DNA of 56,783 nt, counting the filler, from a bacterium (GTDB taxonomy: Bacteria; UBA9089; CG2-30-40-21; SBAY01), in assembly GCA_040757115.1 (NCBI GenBank). It is 4 parts of 4 records of this genome, joined end to end, with 100 filler letters (N's around TTAATTAATTAA, not from the genome) between each part and the next. Parts side by side here need not be neighbours in the genome. Positions count along the whole stretch, not along the records: positions 42,866 to 56,783 come from JBFLYA010000097.1; 3 more parts are not named here. One strand, 5' to 3'. Within the stretch, counting starts at the first letter, position 1. Every line of letters begins with the position of its first letter. This document shows positions 48,728-56,783 of this stretch, piece after piece. The notes below the pieces were generated by a model, which did no database searches, was not told where the DNA came from, and saw only the letters and a program-made list of their open reading frames with translations. Position numbers and translations under genes: made by a program.

Positions 48728-49798
48728 TTAATTTTTTAGATATTCTAAAATTAACTCCTGCCAATTTGGGGTGATAATCTCAAATTCTATCATTAAATAA
48801 ATAATAGGAAGGTCATCTGGAATTAAATCTTGTAATCTGACCATATCCTTTTCAGTTGTAACAATAAAACTTACTCCTTGTAAATAATCTATTAATTTAT
48901 TAATATCATTTTTTGTATAAACATAATGGTCAGGGAATTTCAGGTGTATAAATTTTTTTGTGGTGAGTTTTTTTAGAATAGTTTCAAAAGAATCAGGGTC
49001 AGCAATACTTGATAAAGCCAAAATATCTAAATCTTTAATGAATTCTAATGGGTATTCCTTTTTTGAATCAAACTCAATAAATTTTATTGGTTTATGAATA
49101 CTTTCTAATATTGGTGCTTTTAGATTAATCCTTTTTAAGTTCTGAATAATCTCGTTTCTATTTAAAGATTGGTCTATTTTTGTAATAATAAAGATATCTG
49201 CCCTTTTTAAATTTTTAATTGGCTCTCTCATAATTCCCATTGGGAAAAGGGCATTATTACCAAAGGGATTTTTGCCGTCTATTAAAACTATGTCCAGATT
49301 CCGTCTAAGTCGCCAGTACTGAAACCCGTCGTCAAGGATGATTATCTCTGCTTTAAATCTGTCCCTGGCGTAGGTGGCAGACTTAATCCTATTCTTTCCA
49401 ATTATAACCGGGATATGTGGTAATTTTTTTGCTAAAAGATATGGTTCGTCTCCTGCTTCTGATGGTGTAAGAAATATTTGCTTCCCATCTGAAACAACAG
49501 CCATTTTATGTTCGTAGGAACTTTTATATCCTCTACTTAAAATAACAACCTTCTTATCTTGAAATAAGTTGGCTATTTGAATCACCGCCGGTGTTTTTCC
49601 CGTGCCACCTAAGGTAATATTCCCAATACTTACAACTTTTGCCCGACCGTGATGTTGGTTCATTATTCCTGTTTTATATAACAATAGTTTTATTTCTATA
49701 ACGATATAGTAAAAAAAAGACAAAATATCCAGAACAAATAGGATTAGTTTATTACCTCTTTCTTTTCCAAAGATAATTTCTTGAATATAATTAACCAT
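48728..49798 (-). CDS. lpxK: Tetraacyldisaccharide 4'-kinase
   Basis: GNITLGGTGKTP, SRGY, GDEP, LDDGFQ, FPDH and TTEKD motifs. Confidence 0.95.
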   Translation of the reverse strand: MVNYIQEIIFGKERGNKLILFVLDILSFFYYIVIEIKLLLYKTGIMNQHHGRAKVVSIGNITLGGTGKTPAVIQIANLFQDKKVVILSRGYKSSYEHKMAVVSDGKQIFLTPSEAGDEPYLLAKKLPHIPVIIGKNRIKSATYARDRFKAEIIILDDGFQYWRLRRNLDIVLIDGKNPFGNNALFPMGIMREPIKNLKRADIFIITKIDQSLNRNEIIQNLKRINLKAPILESIHKPIKFIEFDSKKEYPLEFIKDLDILALSSIADPDSFETILKKLTTKKFIHLKFPDHYVYTKNDINKLIDYLQGVSFIVTTEKDMVRLQDLIPDDLPIIYLMIEFEIITPNWQELILEYLKN

Positions 49799-49801
49799 TT
49801 T

Positions 49802-50905
49802 TTAACCTTTTCTTTTATATGGGAAAATGGTCAGCCGTGCCCCAAAGTAGCCGATTACAGAAAATCCATCTTTTGTTTTTATAAAACCTAAATCAAATCC
49901 TATAAATCGCTCAATAGAGGTGTTTATGACTAAAGTAGAACCAGAATCAAGTGGGCTAAAACCTTCGATATTAATCCGACGGTTAAAAAGTTTTGTTTCA
50001 AAGCCAAATATAAGTGTTTTATTAGAGGTTACAGCCATATACTTTGATAACGGATTTACCAATTTCCCGATTTCACCAGACATCACACCTAAATGATATT
50101 TTTTGTTTTTGAATTCTTTACTAAAGATAAGATATGGGAATCCAAATCTATCTGACTTACCTGAGAATTCACCACCCATTTGAGCCGGAGTAGATGCCGC
50201 CCCCTGAAGGACTAAAAACCACTCATATCCACATCCAACATTGGGGATTTGTGTTTTCTCTTTCAGCAAAGAGAATTTAAAATCAGCGGATAAAAATAAA
50301 AATTTAATTGGTTCAAAAAGTCCACTATCTTTTTTCCTTCCTTCATCATACTTATATTTATACCATAATTCCCCAATATAATAAGCAATTAAAAAATCTG
50401 TATTAAATCCTAATTTATCATCCCTTCTATAAGCCGTGGGGATGAGCATCAATCCTGTATCTAAAAGAGTATCTGTGCCAGGTTCAGCCGTTACCGTTCC
50501 AATAGTCAAAGTGCCGGATAAAGGTGCAGTTGTTTGAGTTCCTGCAGACAAAGTTATTGTTGCTGGTATAATTTCCTGGGTTGAACTACCTACTGGCGTC
50601 CGTGTGCCACTATCAAGACCTGTTGTTCCCACAACTTCTATGGTTGTTACAGTCCCTTTGAGTTCTTGAGATTCTAATGTGGTGGTTGTTGTTACATCTG
50701 GAGATGAGGTAGTTTCAGGCTCGCTGGGAAGATTTACATCTTCTTCTTGTATGGTTGGTGTGCCCGTCTGAATTGTCTCCGTCCCTGTCAACACACTAAT
50801 TTCCTCTTCTTCTTCTTTCAATGGCATCTTCTCATCTAATTCTTGACAAAAAGATACCCCTGCCATTGAAATAAAAAGGCATAAACATAAAATTTTATGA
50901 AACAT
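49802..50905 (-). CDS. Exported hypothetical protein with Thr/Glu-rich N-terminal region and beta-rich C-terminal domain
   Basis: Signal peptide and low-complexity GT/T-rich stretch. Confidence 0.6.
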   Translation of the reverse strand: MFHKILCLCLFISMAGVSFCQELDEKMPLKEEEEEISVLTGTETIQTGTPTIQEEDVNLPSEPETTSSPDVTTTTTLESQELKGTVTTIEVVGTTGLDSGTRTPVGSSTQEIIPATITLSAGTQTTAPLSGTLTIGTVTAEPGTDTLLDTGLMLIPTAYRRDDKLGFNTDFLIAYYIGELWYKYKYDEGRKKDSGLFEPIKFLFLSADFKFSLLKEKTQIPNVGCGYEWFLVLQGAASTPAQMGGEFSGKSDRFGFPYLIFSKEFKNKKYHLGVMSGEIGKLVNPLSKYMAVTSNKTLIFGFETKLFNRRINIEGFSPLDSGSTLVINTSIERFIGFDLGFIKTKDGFSVIGYFGARLTIFPYKRKG

Positions 50906-50912
50906 ATTATAT

Positions 50913-50941
50913 ATTTTACACCTTAATCATCACTTTGTCAA
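50913..50941 (-). promoter_or_regulatory. sigma70 promoter predicting a leaderless transcript
   Basis: TTGACA-17 bp-TAAAAT ending 7 nt before the ATG at 50905. Confidence 0.6.
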
Positions 50942-50958
50942 CAAACTTTTGCACAAAA

Positions 50959-51417
50959 GTAACTATTCACCGCAGAGACACGGAGACACAGAGAAAAAAT
51001 TAAAATCTATTGGCTATACGCTTAATTCCATCTCTTAGAACAGAAACATTAAAATTGATCAATAAACCTATCCTTTTATTCATCATTTTTAGATAGGTTA
51101 AAAGTTGAGCTTCGTGAATCGGAAGTAGTTGCTCGACTGCTTTTAATTCTACGATAACTTTTTCTTCAACTAAAAGATCTATCCGGTATCCACAATCTAA
51201 TTTAAATCCTTTATATATTACAGGTAATTCAACTTGTCTTTTGAAAGCTAACCCCACCATAGATAGTTCATAACATAAACACTCTTCATATGCAGATTCT
51301 AATAGACCTGGACCTAATGTCTTATGTATTTCAATTGCTGCACCAATAATTTTTTCTGTTATCTGATTTATTTCCATGTTTTCTCTGTTCCTCTGCGTCT
51401 CTGCGGTGAATAGTTAC
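50959..51417. mobile_element. GTAAC-ended inverted-repeat element enclosing a GxxExxY gene
   Basis: 21-bp perfect inverted repeat GTAACTATTCACCGCAGAGAC, imperfect out to ~35 bp. Confidence 0.82.
51000..51377 (-). CDS. GxxExxY protein (PD-(D/E)XK nuclease-like)
   Basis: [32 protein letters not shown] and GLLINF motifs. Confidence 0.93.
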   Translation of the reverse strand: MEINQITEKIIGAAIEIHKTLGPGLLESAYEECLCYELSMVGLAFKRQVELPVIYKGFKLDCGYRIDLLVEEKVIVELKAVEQLLPIHEAQLLTYLKMMNKRIGLLINFNVSVLRDGIKRIANRF

Positions 51418-51436
51418 CAATAAGTATTCAAAAATA

Positions 51437-51465
51437 TTGACAATATTAAAATTTTGTGGTATAAT
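51437..51465 (+). promoter_or_regulatory. Consensus sigma70 promoter of etfA
   Basis: TTGACA-17 bp-TATAAT with extended -10 TG. Confidence 0.75.
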
Positions 51466-51475
51466 ACAGGTCAAG

Positions 51476-52660
51476 ATGAATAATATTTTGGTTATGGAAG
51501 ATAAATGTATCAGTTGTGAAGAATGTATCAAGGTGTGTCCTTTTGGTATAATTGCGTTAGCGGCGGATAAAGCGACAATAGGAGCGGGGTGCAATTTATG
51601 TGGAATATGTGTTGATGCCTGTCCTACAGGGGCTATTGTGATGACAGGGAAGGTTGAGGTAAAAAGCACGAATGATTATAAAGGTGTGTGGATATTTGCA
51701 GAACAACATTTTAACAATTTAGCCACGGTATCATTAGAACTCCTTGGAGTAGGAAGGAAATTAGCCGATAATTTACAGGTAGAGCTGAGTGCTGTGTTTT
51801 TAGGAAGTAGAATCGAAGAATTTTGTCCTCAATTAATTGCCTCAGGAGCAGATAAGGTTTATTTATTGGATTCGGAGATTCTGGCAAATTATTGTGAAGA
51901 TACATATACAAAGGCAATAGTTGATTTAATTTTAGAGTATAAACCAGAGATTTTTTTGTTGGGCGCAACTAATAGTGGACGGGCTTTGGCGCCAGGAATA
52001 GCGGCAAGATTAAAAACAGGACTAACCGCTGATTGCACTGAACTTAAAATAGATGAAGAAGGTAAATTTCTTCAAACAAGACCAGCATTTGGTGGTAATT
52101 TGATGGCAACTATTATCACCCCCAATCATAGACCACAAATGGCAACAGTCCGACCAAGGGTAATGAGCAAACCTATCCCGATAGTTGAACGAACTGGAGA
52201 GATTATTAGAATAAAACCCAATGTTATGCAGGAAGATATGAGAACTAAGATAGTAAATTGGGTTAAGGAGATAAATGAAGATGTAAATTTAGAAGAGGCT
52301 GATATTGTCGTTGCCGGAGGAAGGGGATTACAGGAGGCAAAGAACTTTGAATTAATTTCAGACCTGGCTAAGGTTTTAGGGGGAGCAGTAGCGGCCTCAC
52401 GAGCCGCAGTAGATGCCGGCTGGATTTCTCATCATCATCAGGTTGGTCAAACAGGAAAAACTATCTGCCCAAAACTTTATATTGCTTGTGGTATCTCCGG
52501 AGCTATTCAACACTTAGTTGGAATGCAAACTTCAGATTGTATTGTGGCTATAAATAAAGATAAAGACGCCCCTATCTTTGATGTCGCCAGCTATGGAATC
52601 GTGGGTAACCTATTTGAAATACTTCCGGTTTTAATTGAAGAATTTAAAAAAAATCTGTAA
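51476..52660 (+). CDS. etfA: Electron transfer flavoprotein alpha subunit with N-terminal 2[4Fe-4S] ferredoxin domain
   Basis: Two CxxCxxCxxxCP motifs; GLTADCT, RPAFGGN and QVGQTG...GISGAIQH; start corrected to ATG 51476. Confidence 0.92.
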   Translation: MNNILVMEDKCISCEECIKVCPFGIIALAADKATIGAGCNLCGICVDACPTGAIVMTGKVEVKSTNDYKGVWIFAEQHFNNLATVSLELLGVGRKLADNLQVELSAVFLGSRIEEFCPQLIASGADKVYLLDSEILANYCEDTYTKAIVDLILEYKPEIFLLGATNSGRALAPGIAARLKTGLTADCTELKIDEEGKFLQTRPAFGGNLMATIITPNHRPQMATVRPRVMSKPIPIVERTGEIIRIKPNVMQEDMRTKIVNWVKEINEDVNLEEADIVVAGGRGLQEAKNFELISDLAKVLGGAVAASRAAVDAGWISHHHQVGQTGKTICPKLYIACGISGAIQHLVGMQTSDCIVAINKDKDAPIFDVASYGIVGNLFEILPVLIEEFKKNL

Positions 52661-52864
52661 CCGTTCAGGTAGTCCTTTACCGCAGAGACGCAGAGGAACA
52701 GAGAAAACATAGAAATAAAGTAACTATTCAGCCACTGATTAACACGGATTAGCACGGATAAAAAATAAAATCAGTGTTTCATCTGTGTCCATCTGTGGCT
52801 GAATAGTTATCAATAAATTTTAATTTTTTCTCTGCGTCTCTGTGTCTCTGCGGTGAACGGTTAC
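52657..52864. mobile_element. GTAAC-ended element with a second family member nested inside (52720-52810)
   Basis: Outer GTAACCGTTCA...TGAACGGTTAC; inner GTAACTATTCAGCCAC...GTGGCTGAATAGTTA; supplies the etfA stop codon. Confidence 0.8.
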
Positions 52865-52960
52865 GGCGAGGGATTAAGAAAAACAGAAAATAGCAGGCAG
52901 ATATAATTCTGACTACTAACTACTGTCTACTGACTACTATATTTAGTGAGGTAAGGAAAA

Positions 52961-53398
52961 ATGATTCATAAAGAAGATTCAATCTTAATTAATCAGAATA
53001 TAATTGCAACCTTTAAAGTCGCTAAAGATATTGAAAGACTCTCAAGTTTTATCCCGGAATATAAACAGGTGAAAATTATAAGTAAAGAAAACAATAAAAT
53101 GGTGCTTGAGGCAAAAATTAAAATCTTTGGATTTGTGCCAATTACCTATATATCTACCGGGCTAATTACGGAAAATAAATCAATCAAGTATGAACAGATT
53201 AAAGGACCTTTAAAGGGTTTGCAGACAGAATGGAAATTTGAAGAAATAGGAAATGCAACTAAACTAACTATAATCCATGATATTGATATAAAAATACATA
53301 GAATAGAAAAGTTGATTTATAATTTATGTATTAAAAAACTTGCTAATGAAGTATTAGTAAGTATGAAAAAAGAATTAGAAAGGGGTGATTTAAAATGA
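52961..53398 (+). CDS. SRPBCC / polyketide cyclase-dehydrase family protein
   Basis: DIERLSSFIP and EQIKGPLKGLQTEWKF motifs. Confidence 0.82.
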   Translation: MIHKEDSILINQNIIATFKVAKDIERLSSFIPEYKQVKIISKENNKMVLEAKIKIFGFVPITYISTGLITENKSIKYEQIKGPLKGLQTEWKFEEIGNATKLTIIHDIDIKIHRIEKLIYNLCIKKLANEVLVSMKKELERGDLK

Positions 53399-53973
53399 AT
53401 TTTACCTTTATCTATGTTGCCTTCCTCATTATATCAACTGTATATCGGTTGAGGAGAATAACCAAATCATATGCTGAAGAACCAAGACCAGGTAAGGTTT
53501 ATATGCCGATAAGTTATGCTATCTTACTTCTCCTTTACCTTTTAATCTGGACCGGTTCTGTGGTCGAATATTTTTATCTCCATATTCAGAAGGTTAATTT
53601 AATAATTAGTGGGATTGGTTTTTTAATGTATGTCAGTGTGATTCCATTACGCGATTATGCCGCACAAACCCTGGGTAAATATTTAAGTCCGGATATTAAA
53701 ATTGTAGAAGGGCATAAATTAATTAAGGAAGGACTTTATAAATACATAAGACATCCCCTGGCACTATCTGCTATCATTGAGGTTGTTGGCATTACCCTTA
53801 TTCCCAATTCTTACTATTCATTTCTTGCCGCCTTATTTATCTTTCTCCCATATATGCTTTTCAGAATCCACTTAGAAGAAAAAGCATTGACTGAAAAATT
53901 TGGTCAAGAATATATTGATTACAAAAAAGAAGTGTCGGCATTTTTACCTTTTAAAAAGAGGATTTCAAAATGA
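53395..53973 (+). CDS. Isoprenylcysteine carboxyl methyltransferase family protein
   Basis: GHKLIKEGLYKYIRHP and EEKALTEKFGQEY motifs. Confidence 0.9.
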   Translation: MNFTFIYVAFLIISTVYRLRRITKSYAEEPRPGKVYMPISYAILLLLYLLIWTGSVVEYFYLHIQKVNLIISGIGFLMYVSVIPLRDYAAQTLGKYLSPDIKIVEGHKLIKEGLYKYIRHPLALSAIIEVVGITLIPNSYYSFLAALFIFLPYMLFRIHLEEKALTEKFGQEYIDYKKEVSAFLPFKKRISK

Positions 53974-56504
53974 CTTTTTATCCAATTACATTAGGTTTGG
54001 TTAGCTTCATCAATCTATTTTTAGCTCTATTTGTTTTTACTAAAAATGTTCAATCTGAGAAAAATAAGTCATTTGCCTTCTTTGAAACCTGCCTTGCTGT
54101 CTGGGGTAGTGGGATGTTGATTATGACCGTTGCTAAAGATAAAGAAACAGCAATGTTGGGTGTAACTATTCTCCATCTTGGGCTTTTGTTTAGCTTTTCA
54201 AGCTTTCTTAATTTTGTCTTAGCCATTACAGATGACCAGACTAATCTAAATAGAAAGATATGTTTTCTCGCCTACCTCTTAGGTCTATTTTTTAACATTA
54301 TTGATAAAATACCTCTGTTGGCGGTAGTTTCGGATGTAACTATTACCTTTGGGACTTACCAACCTATTACCGGACCATCAGGACCTCTTTTCAACCTGAT
54401 GTTTCTCTCCTTTATGTCTTATGCAATTTTACTCCTCTACAAAAAATATAGAAAAACAGACTCATTCTTAGAAAAGAATCGTCTAAAATACATCTTTTTT
54501 GGTATGGTAGTGGTAATATTAAGTAGTCTATCTAATATCCTTTTAGTTATGGGAATAAAGATATATCCTCTGGCTCATCTGGGGCTTACCATTTATGCCT
54601 TAATGGTTACATATAGTATTGTTAAATATCGATTAATGGACATTACCATTATCATTCAGAAAGGACTTATCTATTCATTACTAACGGCATTAGTTACCGC
54701 TATCTGGCTATTAGCCATATTTACCTTTGAAGTGCTTTTGCACTTTGAGACACTCTCTGCTCGAATACTGACGATAATTATTATCATCCTTATATTTCAA
54801 CCCGTAAGAGAAAAAATCCAGCTAATTGTAGATAAGATGTTTTATCGGGAAAGACATGACCTGCAAGAACTCTTAAAAAAAGTAACCGGGGAAATATCTA
54901 CAATTATTAGCCGCGATACCTTGATGTCATCAATACTTAATACAATTAACCATACCCTTCACCCTGTCTTTGTCCAGTTATTACTTTTAGAGGAATCTGA
55001 AAGGGTCTATAAACCAGAATTTGGACTCGGTGAGAACGATAAATCTATTATTATACAACAGGATGAGCCTATCGTGGCGTGGTTTAAGAATGAAAAAAGG
55101 GAATTATTACAGGAAGAGGTAAGGGAGAATCCTGAATTTAACGGGATGAGGGCAGTAGTAACCCAGGCTATTGAAAGATTTAAAGCAATTGTTTCTATCC
55201 CAATTATTTTTAAAGAAAACTTAATTGGGATATTAAATTTAGGGCCGAAATTAAGTCAGACACCATATAATCAAGATGAATTGACCTTTCTTACTACCTT
55301 ATGTAATGAGGTTGCGGTTGCCTTAGAAAATACAAAACTATATACTGACCTTCAAAAAGAGACTATAAAACTACAAAATTTAACCCAGGACCTAAAAATA
55401 GCCAATAAATCTAAATCTGCCTTTTTGAATATTGTTTCCCATGAATTACGCACTCCACTAACGGTAATTATGGGTTATGCGAGTTTGTTGTCTAATAAAG
55501 CCCTCGGTGAAATCACAACAGAGCAAGAAAAATCTGTTAAAATTATGCTGGACAAATGCAGACACCTGAATGAACTAATCGGTGATATCTTAGACCTGTC
55601 TAAAATCGAACGAGGGAAAAAATATGAATTAAAAAAACAGCCTGTTGACTTTAGAAAGATAATCGAAGAAACTGTATTGATTTTTACCCCATCTGCCAGG
55701 GAAAAACAAATCTCTATTCAGACAGAAGTAGCCCCCAATATCCCTGTAGTGTGGTATGACCCGGAGATAGCAAAGGAGATTTTTAGTAAATTGGTCGATA
55801 ATGCAATAAAATTTACACCCGCTATGGGGAAAATAACCATCAGATTTGAAGATAAAGATAATTATTTGCAAGGTTGTGTAGAAGATACGGGAATTGGGAT
55901 TAAACCCGAAAATCTCAATAAGATATTTGAACGGTTTTATCAGGTGGATATGTCTGATACCAGGAAATATGAAGGCACAGGACTGGGACTATCCATCGTC
56001 AAAGAGGTATTGGAAGATTCTGGTGGCAGTATCAAAGTAGAATCACAAGAAGATATTGGTAGTAAGTTTATATTTACCATACCCAGAGAAGAAGTACCAG
56101 AAGAAGAACTACCGAAAATAAAATTAAAGGGGAAAATACCATCAGAAACAAAAATTTTAATGGCAGATGAGGATTATGATAATTTAAAACTCGCCGAGTT
56201 ATATTTAAAAACCAATGGTTATAAAATAGATATTGTCCAGGATGGTTTAGAGGCATTAAAAATGTTAGATAAAGAAAAACCTAATTTAGTCATAGTCAGC
56301 CTTAAACTTCCGAAGATAAATGGTTATAATATTGTCCATATCTTGAGAGAGCATAAAGAGACAAAGGATATTCCACTGATTATGTTGGTTCCGCTGGCAG
56401 AGGAGGAAAATTTACCCACGATTTACAAAGCCGGAGCAACCACCCACCTTTTTAAGCCTTTTGATTTTAAAAATTTGATGGAGAAGGTCGCAGAATTTTG
56501 TTGA
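53970..56504 (+). CDS. Hybrid sensor kinase: 7TM N-terminus + GAF + HisKA + HATPase + pseudo-receiver
   Basis: IVKYRLMDI, SHELRTPL, NAIKF, DTGIG and GTGLGL; receiver has Ser at the phospho-Asp position. Confidence 0.9.
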   Translation: MTFYPITLGLVSFINLFLALFVFTKNVQSEKNKSFAFFETCLAVWGSGMLIMTVAKDKETAMLGVTILHLGLLFSFSSFLNFVLAITDDQTNLNRKICFLAYLLGLFFNIIDKIPLLAVVSDVTITFGTYQPITGPSGPLFNLMFLSFMSYAILLLYKKYRKTDSFLEKNRLKYIFFGMVVVILSSLSNILLVMGIKIYPLAHLGLTIYALMVTYSIVKYRLMDITIIIQKGLIYSLLTALVTAIWLLAIFTFEVLLHFETLSARILTIIIIILIFQPVREKIQLIVDKMFYRERHDLQELLKKVTGEISTIISRDTLMSSILNTINHTLHPVFVQLLLLEESERVYKPEFGLGENDKSIIIQQDEPIVAWFKNEKRELLQEEVRENPEFNGMRAVVTQAIERFKAIVSIPIIFKENLIGILNLGPKLSQTPYNQDELTFLTTLCNEVAVALENTKLYTDLQKETIKLQNLTQDLKIANKSKSAFLNIVSHELRTPLTVIMGYASLLSNKALGEITTEQEKSVKIMLDKCRHLNELIGDILDLSKIERGKKYELKKQPVDFRKIIEETVLIFTPSAREKQISIQTEVAPNIPVVWYDPEIAKEIFSKLVDNAIKFTPAMGKITIRFEDKDNYLQGCVEDTGIGIKPENLNKIFERFYQVDMSDTRKYEGTGLGLSIVKEVLEDSGGSIKVESQEDIGSKFIFTIPREEVPEEELPKIKLKGKIPSETKILMADEDYDNLKLAELYLKTNGYKIDIVQDGLEALKMLDKEKPNLVIVSLKLPKINGYNIVHILREHKETKDIPLIMLVPLAEEENLPTIYKAGATTHLFKPFDFKNLMEKVAEFC

Positions 56505-56529
56505 CATAATCAATGATTAGTGATAAACT
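56501..56529 (+). promoter_or_regulatory. Putative sigma70 promoter facing a repeat element
   Basis: TTGACA-17 bp-TAAACT with TG. Confidence 0.5.
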
Positions 56530-56535
56530 TTACTC

Positions 56536-56636
56536 GTAACTATTCAGCTACTGATTAACACGGATTAGCACGGATAAATAGCAGAGGACAGAGGGCAGAA
56601 GGCAGAGAGCAGAAGGCAGAGGACAACAGGAGAAAC
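56536..56636. repeat. Half copy of the GTAACTATTCAG element with GCAGAGG-type heptamers
   Basis: Reverse complement of ~45951-46057. Confidence 0.75.
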
Positions 56637-56783
56637 GGACATGTCCACAGGGTGGACACAAAGTCTTACGGTAAAATGTCAAGTAAAAAATTAAGTTTTT
56701 TTAAAAATATTTTTCCTGACTTATATCCCTAAAAAGGCACAAAAATAGTATGTTCGGATACAAGTGAATTTTTTAAATATCCA

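Noticed and set aside
51437-51475. TTG start for etfA in the ORF track
   Set aside because: That TTG is the -35 box of a consensus promoter; ATG 51476 is preferred

Overview
AT-rich bacterial DNA from a diderm (lpxK), probably anaerobic lineage (2-oxoacid:ferredoxin oxidoreductase, ferredoxin-fused EtfA), most likely a metagenome-assembled genome. It is not one locus. Four ~14 kb contigs of decreasing length are joined by artificial 100-bp N44-TTAATTAATTAA-N44 linkers. Contig 1 (1-14258): a 13-gene minus-strand metabolic cluster with no NRPS/PKS (UbiA prenyltransferase, MbtI/Irp9-like salicylate synthase, PaaK-like ligase, transporters, tandem Lrp, Fe-ADH, aminotransferase, cyclase, IlvD, HAD). 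Contig 2 (14359-28552): minor pilins including a PilX-like/beta-propeller fusion, TPR and polysaccharide genes, oxidoreductase subunits and hslV. Contig 3 (28653-42765): an unusual two-component pair and an integron-type cassette region with at least 6 attC sites and no integrase in view, carrying TA, TIR/NDT-like, MBL, GNAT and methyltransferase genes. Contig 4 (42866-56783): IS630 end, YfhO and sugar genes, Flp pilin, lpxK, a GxxExxY gene inside inverted repeats, etfA and a hybrid kinase. Intergenic DNA holds several nested families of miniature inverted-repeat elements and 7-9-mer repeats. All calls come from motif reading; no database searches were run.
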